Shown here one piece after another: positions 26,622-32,000 of a stretch of 32,000 nucleotides of DNA (its first letter is position 1; the number at the start of each line of letters is the position of its first letter). The notes below the pieces were generated by a model that was given only the letters and a program-made list of their open reading frames with translations, was not told where the DNA came from and searched no databases. Location: the NCBI GenBank assembly GCA_030614005.1, contig JAUWKS010000031.1, positions 1 to 32,000 on the forward strand. The letters run 5' to 3'. The DNA is from Candidatus Heimdallarchaeota archaeon. Its GTDB lineage: Archaea > Asgardarchaeota > Heimdallarchaeia > JABLTI01. A program made the position numbers and the translations under genes.

Positions 26622-27867
26622 ATGCTTTTATTTTTTTATTCTTAACTAAGATAAATCTCATTTTCATAAAATCAAAAGTAAGTGCATAATGTCTAAAGAA
26701 TTGATGTGAAATAATACCCCCAATGCGAAATCCTACTGAATATTCAATGGGAAATCTTTCGGTGAAAACTCCTCGAATGTTCTTTTCAACAGCATCACCA
26801 AATGTTAATTCCTCCACTTCGAATGGTATAGCCTTAACTTTCCCTCCACCACCTATCCCTTCGAAAGCATTTGCTTCATCGAGTTTTACCCCTGCATCAT
26901 CAAGAGTTTTTCTAGCGCCGGTAAATCCTCCACCAGCTAAACCTGTATCTAGGAAGAATAGTGTTCGTTCGCCTTTATTGACTCTACCCCAAGCAACCAT
27001 AAAGTGATCTTCTGCCATCCAAAATGGTATTTTAATTGGTTTTTTGTTTTCAATTGCTTTCTCTAAGGTTGTTAAATTTTCCTTAGTTTGTTTTCGAAAA
27101 ATTATTTCACCTTTTGGATAATCTAAAGTGGTAATAAAATGATAAAAAAGAACTGTACCAATAATACCATCAATTTGTGTTCCACCAAAAATCTGAGAAA
27201 CAGGACGAACTGGCAGAATTTTTACTGGAATGTTCTGCACTTTCAAATTACCTAAAGAAATAGACTCTATCTTACTCAAATAAGTAGTTGCTTTTTGACC
27301 TCCTGCAAACACCCCTGTTTTTTCTCCAAATGATTCCAGTTTAATTTCTTTAGCAAAATCTGCATCAATCATTATTTCTGCTGCTCCGGTATCTACAAGA
27401 AAGTTCACTTCTTTGTGATCATTTATTTTCACTTTTACTATTGGTAATGGATCGACTTGCTCCATTTTTACTTTGAAAACAGTTTTTTCACCTTCAATTT
27501 GATATGGTACACTACCTTTGAAGCTCTCCAATCTTTCAGCCATATCGTCAATACCATAAAACCTTAGATGGTCTGCTGCTTCTTTGAATTTATCTTGTCT
27601 GTAATTAACTTCTGCTAGCAATGCATGAGGTGCTGGTTCCTCTGGTTCAACTTTCATTGCTTTCTTTAACCACTTCTCAGCTTCTTTGAATTTATTCGAA
27701 ATTAGTGCAATATTTCCCAAAAGAACTAATGTTTGAAAATCAGTTGGGTTTTCTTTTAATATTTTTAAGAAAGACTTCTTCGCATCAACAAAGTATCCCG
27801 TTTGAAATTGAATATTTGCAATTACTGTTGGATCAAAATTACCACTATCATTTTTCATTTTTCTCAA
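26605..27867 (-). CDS. TPR + tandem retropepsin-like aspartyl protease (two DTG motifs)
   Basis: N-terminal TPR helices (AKKSFLKILKENPTDFQTLVLLG; AEKWLKKAMKVEPEE); FLVDTGA with DGIIG, and FFLDTGL with GGIIS. Confidence 0.85.
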   Translation of the reverse strand: MRKMKNDSGNFDPTVIANIQFQTGYFVDAKKSFLKILKENPTDFQTLVLLGNIALISNKFKEAEKWLKKAMKVEPEEPAPHALLAEVNYRQDKFKEAADHLRFYGIDDMAERLESFKGSVPYQIEGEKTVFKVKMEQVDPLPIVKVKINDHKEVNFLVDTGAAEIMIDADFAKEIKLESFGEKTGVFAGGQKATTYLSKIESISLGNLKVQNIPVKILPVRPVSQIFGGTQIDGIIGTVLFYHFITTLDYPKGEIIFRKQTKENLTTLEKAIENKKPIKIPFWMAEDHFMVAWGRVNKGERTLFFLDTGLAGGGFTGARKTLDDAGVKLDEANAFEGIGGGGKVKAIPFEVEELTFGDAVEKNIRGVFTERFPIEYSVGFRIGGIISHQFFRHYALTFDFMKMRFILVKNKKIKASTQTT

Positions 27868-27879
27868 TCCTTTAAAAAA

Positions 27880-27969
27880 TTAAACACCAAGTGTCAATAG
27901 CAATTCATTTCGTATTTTATCTTTATCTTTCTTTATTTGTTTTCGTATTTTATCTTTATGTGTAAGCAT
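27880..27969 (-). CDS. Putative small ORF (29 aa, MLTHKDKIRKQIKKDKDKIRNELLLTLGV) not in the ORF track
   Basis: AGGTGA RBS 8 nt before the ATG; stop 12 nt upstream of the co-oriented protease start; contains an internal 19-bp direct repeat. Confidence 0.4.
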   Translation of the reverse strand: MLTHKDKIRKQIKKDKDKIRNELLLTLGV

Positions 27970-28231
27970 TTTTTCTTTCACCTTGATTTATTTCAATGAA
28001 CTTTGTCTCAAGTTCAGTTATTACTATAAGTGGTCATATAATATCAGTTATTTGAGGAATAGTGACCAACACAAAGTGAAAAGAGGGAAGAAAGGAAGTT
28101 ATTTTTGTTTGGGATAAGCTTTTCCTATAGGCTAAAATGAAATATAATCAATAGATTTTATTGTCCATCAACGAGTAACTTTTTTATTTGAGGAAGATAA
28201 TTCGAGAAGTATAATATTTGAAGTGTAAATT

Positions 28232-29206
28232 ATGGTTGTTGTTACAGGGACTAAAGCAAATGGTGAGCAATTTAGTAGAGAAATAGAAGATGATGTACAA
28301 GAACTTTTTCTTGAAGGTCATCAACTTATTTCAATTGATTTGTCATCATTAAATGAGTGTTCAAAATTACGTATTCTTAGGCTTTCTGATAATCTACTTG
28401 CATCAATAGATCTTTCCCCACTTCAAGCTTGCACAGATCTACAAGAGCTCTGGCTTCATAGAAATAGGCTTACCACTATAGATTTATCCCCATTGAAAGC
28501 TTGCAAAACTTTACAACAGCTCGATCTTGGATATAACCCATTTACTTCAATAGACCTTTCTCCATTGAAAGCTTGCAAAGAACTTCAAATACTCTGGTTT
28601 GATAATAACCCTCTTACTTTAATTGACCTTTCCCCACTTGAAGCGTGTACAGAATTACAAGAGCTTATGCTTGATAATAATCAGCTTGCATCGATTGACC
28701 TTTCTCCATTGAAAACGTGCACAAAATTGCAAGCACTCTTGATTGGTAATAATCCGTTTACTTCTATTGATCTTTCTCCGTTGAAAGCATGCACAAAATT
28801 GAAAGCGCTCAAACTTTATAGTACTCCGCTCACTTCTATTGATTTATCTCCACTGAAAACATGCACCGAGTTGGAATGCCTTGAGCTTGATAAAAATCAG
28901 CTTACTTCTATTGATCTTTCTCCTTTGAAAGCTTGCACAAAACTGCAAGAGCTTGTCCTTCCTAATAATCAGCTTGCTTCTATTGATCTATCACCAATGA
29001 AAGCATGTACTGAACTAGAATTTATCGAGCTTGATATTAATCAGCTAAAAAAGCTTGATATCACAGTTCTTAAAGCATGCATGAAATTAAAAGGGCTTTA
29101 TATTGATGATACTGTTACTCTTATTTGGCGAGAAGAAGATATTCCTGATAAGGATGACCTTCCTATAGGATTACAAGAACACTATTCTAGGTTAACATTT
29201 TCATAG
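28232..29206 (+). CDS. Leucine-rich repeat protein (11 x 24-aa repeats, SIDLSPLxxCxxLxxLxLxxN type)
   Basis: 72-bp periodicity; consensus LTSIDLSPLKACTxLxxLxLxxNx; no signal peptide or TM segment. Confidence 0.95.
   Translation: MVVVTGTKANGEQFSREIEDDVQELFLEGHQLISIDLSSLNECSKLRILRLSDNLLASIDLSPLQACTDLQELWLHRNRLTTIDLSPLKACKTLQQLDLGYNPFTSIDLSPLKACKELQILWFDNNPLTLIDLSPLEACTELQELMLDNNQLASIDLSPLKTCTKLQALLIGNNPFTSIDLSPLKACTKLKALKLYSTPLTSIDLSPLKTCTELECLELDKNQLTSIDLSPLKACTKLQELVLPNNQLASIDLSPMKACTELEFIELDINQLKKLDITVLKACMKLKGLYIDDTVTLIWREEDIPDKDDLPIGLQEHYSRLTFS
28325..29116 (+). repeat. Coding tandem repeat, 72-bp unit x 11 (last copy degenerate)
   Basis: ATT/ATA GAT codons recur at 28334, 28406 and onward; many synonymous differences between units. 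Confidence 0.9.
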
Positions 29207-29306
29207 TAACTAACAACACTTCTAATTCTTTCATCTTTCTTCTTTGAATTGTGCATATTGAGAAACTTCAAGCTCTTCAAAATGGGAAAAAGTGAAAGAA
29301 AAAAAG

Positions 29307-31115
29307 CTATTTTTGCACTGGATAAGTTTTCTCAATTAACTCTTTAAGCACTTTAGCTTTTTCTTTTTGATTTGTTTGTTCATAAATAAACAAAAGCTCT
29401 TGCATACTTGTTTTGTTTACTTGTCTATGTTTTGGATCTTCTTGAAGCAGTTTCTTTATTTTCTCAACAGAAATTTGTTCATCTTTATCCCATTGGATCG
29501 ATGGCATTATTAGTTTCTTATTTTTGAAAAACACATTTTGACCATCTGCAGTAAAGAATATTCCAGGTTTATGTTCAGAAAGTTTGTAGATTTTATTATT
29601 CAAGGAAGTAATTAAATGAAGGTGCCCATTTCTAACTTCAGTTGTCGAGTATAAACAGAAGTCACTATAGTTGAATCTATATATGTTTGAATATTGTTTC
29701 CATTCCTCTTTACCTGGACCCACTTCATCGGCTGGACCTGAATCATAATCCAAATAGTCTATTTTTCCAGAGTAATCTGCAAGTTTGATAGTAATTGGTC
29801 TAGATTTTTCATCTAAATCGAATGTAACCATCATCGTATCTGAGGAAAAAATTGTGTCTGAATGGGGTGCTAATGACATTTCTGTACCGCGGAAATTCAT
29901 TATTAATTTTCCATCGATATAATTTATTGGAATATCTAACATTCTAGAAACATATAATCCAACTAAACGTTTGAGTTTTGATTCTTCAAGTTCGATTGGT
30001 ACTGATAGTTTTATTTTATTTCCTAAATCAATATTTTCTGGAATATTTCCCATCTTAAATTTAACTAAACTTGGTTCAACTTTTTCAACAATACCCATCA
30101 TAAATTGCATACTACCAACTTGATTAGTTAGCAATAAACAACCTATACCTAATTTTGGAAAGAACAGGTGTAAGCAAAAGTAACCCGGACCATCTCCGAA
30201 GAATCTTAACAACAATTCTCCGCCATATTTGTTTAACCCAACGCCTATTCCCATTCCTATTGTTGATAGCTGATTCTCTTCTGTAAATGGGATTTTATAC
30301 ATTTCTTCCAAGTATTTTTCCTCAAGGAATTTCTGGTCATTCGAATATCCATTATTAAAATGCATCATAAGATATTTTGCCATATCATTTACAGAGGAAT
30401 ATTGACCACCAGCTCCTAGATATGGTACAAGTAAATCTTGATAGGGAGTTTCAGTTTCACCTCGATAACCTATTGCTACATTATTTGTCTTTAGAGCATC
30501 TGCAGGATTAACTTGGCTGTTGGACATCCTAAGGGGTTGATAAATTTCTTCTTTCATAAAATCAGCAAAGGTTTTTCCAGAAATTTTTTGTAAAACATAA
30601 GCTACTAAATCGAAACCAGCATTCGAATACGATATTCTACTTCCAGAAGGATATTTTTGCCAACTATTACTGATTTCTTTAATATATTCTTCAAAAGAGT
30701 AATTTTTTTCTTGATTTGGTTTTGCAAAGAAAGTATTATGTTGAAATCCAGCCCAATGAGTAAGCATCTGTCTAAAAGTTATTTTGTCTAATTCATCTTC
30801 ACCAAAACGAGTATTCATTGTAAATTCAGGATAATGTTTTCTTAATGGATCATCAAGGTTTATTTTTCCTTTTTGCATTGCTCGGAGAAAAGCTGTCACT
30901 GTATAAGCTTTTGATAAAGAACCTATCATAAAAAGAGTATCAGCTGTTACTTTTGTTTTCTTTGAGTTATCTGTGTAACCAAATCCTTCTGACCAGAGTA
31001 TTCCTTCTTTATCTACAATTGCTATTGAAATTCCGGGAATTTTATATTGCTCCAATCCTTCTTCAATGTCTTTTGTGATTTCTTTTTTCAATTCTTCAAC
31101 GTTTTCAAATACCAT
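29307..31115 (-). CDS. Serine hydrolase, beta-lactamase class C/PBP-like family with C-terminal accessory domains
   Basis: FMIGSLSK (SxxK), RQMLTH, YSN (YxN), GAGGQYSSVNDMAKY. Confidence 0.9.
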   Translation of the reverse strand: MVFENVEELKKEITKDIEEGLEQYKIPGISIAIVDKEGILWSEGFGYTDNSKKTKVTADTLFMIGSLSKAYTVTAFLRAMQKGKINLDDPLRKHYPEFTMNTRFGEDELDKITFRQMLTHWAGFQHNTFFAKPNQEKNYSFEEYIKEISNSWQKYPSGSRISYSNAGFDLVAYVLQKISGKTFADFMKEEIYQPLRMSNSQVNPADALKTNNVAIGYRGETETPYQDLLVPYLGAGGQYSSVNDMAKYLMMHFNNGYSNDQKFLEEKYLEEMYKIPFTEENQLSTIGMGIGVGLNKYGGELLLRFFGDGPGYFCLHLFFPKLGIGCLLLTNQVGSMQFMMGIVEKVEPSLVKFKMGNIPENIDLGNKIKLSVPIELEESKLKRLVGLYVSRMLDIPINYIDGKLIMNFRGTEMSLAPHSDTIFSSDTMMVTFDLDEKSRPITIKLADYSGKIDYLDYDSGPADEVGPGKEEWKQYSNIYRFNYSDFCLYSTTEVRNGHLHLITSLNNKIYKLSEHKPGIFFTADGQNVFFKNKKLIMPSIQWDKDEQISVEKIKKLLQEDPKHRQVNKTSMQELLFIYEQTNQKEKAKVLKELIEKTYPVQK

Positions 31116-31140
31116 ACTTAGACCTTCTATTTTCTGTTTG

Positions 31141-31833
31141 TTAAAATTTCATAAACCAACTAATTAATTCCTTATCAAAGGAGAAATTTCCATGACCTCC
31201 TCCTTCAACTCGAGTATATTCAACATTATAGCCTTCATTTTTTAACACTTCGATGAATTCATCCGTAGGTTCGATAGCTACCGCATGATCATCAGTTCCA
31301 TGCATTACAAAATATGCGATATCCTTTGATTTGCCAACGAAGTTTCGCATATCATCTTCAGCGTTATTGCGACCTCTTTTGAATGCATATCCTGCGATAA
31401 TTATAGCTTTATCAAAATATTCTGGATATTTGAAGGTTAAACGCCAAACTCCGTATCCGCCCATACTGAAACCAAATACATAGGTTTCATCGATTTGAAA
31501 CATCTCTTGCATTATTTTTAGCAGATCTATTGAATCTATTTCTGATTGTCCTTTATATTCGTCACTCAATCCTCTTCCTCTAGGACCGAATATGATAAAT
31601 CCTTTATCAGAAAATCCTTCTCCAGCCTTTTTCACAGGGGATAATTCATCAACACCGCTCCCATGAAGAACCATAAGTAGATTGTATTTTTTCTTTGGAT
31701 CAAAATCATCTGGAAGAAACAAGGAATAAGGTTGAAGTTCATTATCAGTTGGTGAGATAAAACTTGCAAGTAGATATCCACTTTTTATGAAAATCGATTT
31801 CTTCTCAATTAAATCTTCAATTTCTGACAGCAT
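31141..31833 (-). CDS. Alpha/beta hydrolase (esterase/prolyl oligopeptidase-like)
   Basis: VLHGSG oxyanion region, GFSMGG nucleophile elbow, HGTDDHAV acid, GGGHG His; GAGGT RBS. Confidence 0.88.
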   Translation of the reverse strand: MLSEIEDLIEKKSIFIKSGYLLASFISPTDNELQPYSLFLPDDFDPKKKYNLLMVLHGSGVDELSPVKKAGEGFSDKGFIIFGPRGRGLSDEYKGQSEIDSIDLLKIMQEMFQIDETYVFGFSMGGYGVWRLTFKYPEYFDKAIIIAGYAFKRGRNNAEDDMRNFVGKSKDIAYFVMHGTDDHAVAIEPTDEFIEVLKNEGYNVEYTRVEGGGHGNFSFDKELISWFMKF

Positions 31834-31889
31834 TAAATAACCTCAATTAATAGTCCAATAAATAGATTTCTTTTTTTGTGCACGAAAAA

Positions 31890-32000
31890 CTAAATGTAGC
31901 CAATAGCGCTGTTTGCTGCTATTAATGCCCATGCTTTATTTCTTCGTTCTTCAGCGTTCTTAATAATTTGTTTAGTATTTTTTTTGTTGTAGCTCATTTT
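31890..32000 (-). CDS. 3' end of a gene probably running in from beyond the window, or a 35-aa ORF; product unknown
   Basis: Open frame from the window edge: KMSYNKKNTKQIIKNAEERRNKAWALIAANSAIGYI*, TAG at 31890-31892. Confidence 0.45.
   Translation of the reverse strand, partial: KMSYNKKNTKQIIKNAEERRNKAWALIAANSAIGYI

Noticed and set aside
465-27007. Short antisense or nested ORFs in the track (e.g. 465-674, 824-1132, 2856-3224, 4872-5315, 8295-8666, 14132-14431, 26007-26336, 26723-27007)
   Set aside because: They lie within well-supported CDSs in another frame or strand and show no motifs; they are typical shadow ORFs.
28325-29116. CRISPR-like periodicity
   Set aside because: The 72-bp period is fully in frame in one ORF, with degenerate rather than identical repeats and no cas genes.
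28232-29206. LRR as the target of a diversity-generating retroelement
   Set aside because: No reverse transcriptase or template repeat is visible in the window, and differences between units include many synonymous, non-adenine changes.
1-32000. tRNA, rRNA or structured ncRNA genes
   Set aside because: No intergenic GC-rich stretch or cloverleaf signature was seen by eye; a tRNAscan-SE/Infernal run would be needed to exclude small RNAs.

Overview
AT-rich, gene-dense archaeal window, most likely from an Asgard archaeon (Heimdallarchaeia/Thorarchaeia-like). This assignment is inferred from the archaeal-type RsmA/Dim1 + HemK2 pair, a RAD55/KaiC-like gene, GGTGA/GGAGG ribosome-binding sites with frequent TTG starts, 'SIDLSPL'-type LRR repeats and a large REC-GAF-multi-PAS kinase. 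About 25 intact CDSs are supported. No rRNA, tRNA, CRISPR array, recognisable transposase/integrase or reverse transcriptase was seen. Strongest observations: (1) a receptor-like membrane protein with a cytoplasmic ferrochelatase-like domain whose catalytic His and Glu appear replaced; (2) an alkyl-DHAP-synthase-like flavoprotein paired with a CCG Fe-S protein; (3) a 24-aa LRR protein with a constant convex face, a variable concave face and a 3-repeat block duplication; (4) a 34-bp direct repeat, probably a promoter, bracketing an HxxxDG acyltransferase gene; (5) twin TTTGCA-N5-TGCAAA palindromes straddling the ABC operon TATA box; (6) an uncalled pseudogene remnant of a 4Fe-4S C-terminal domain; (7) an uncalled 29-aa ORF with an RBS upstream of a TPR + double-DTG aspartyl protease. 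All family assignments come from motif recognition by eye, not database searches.
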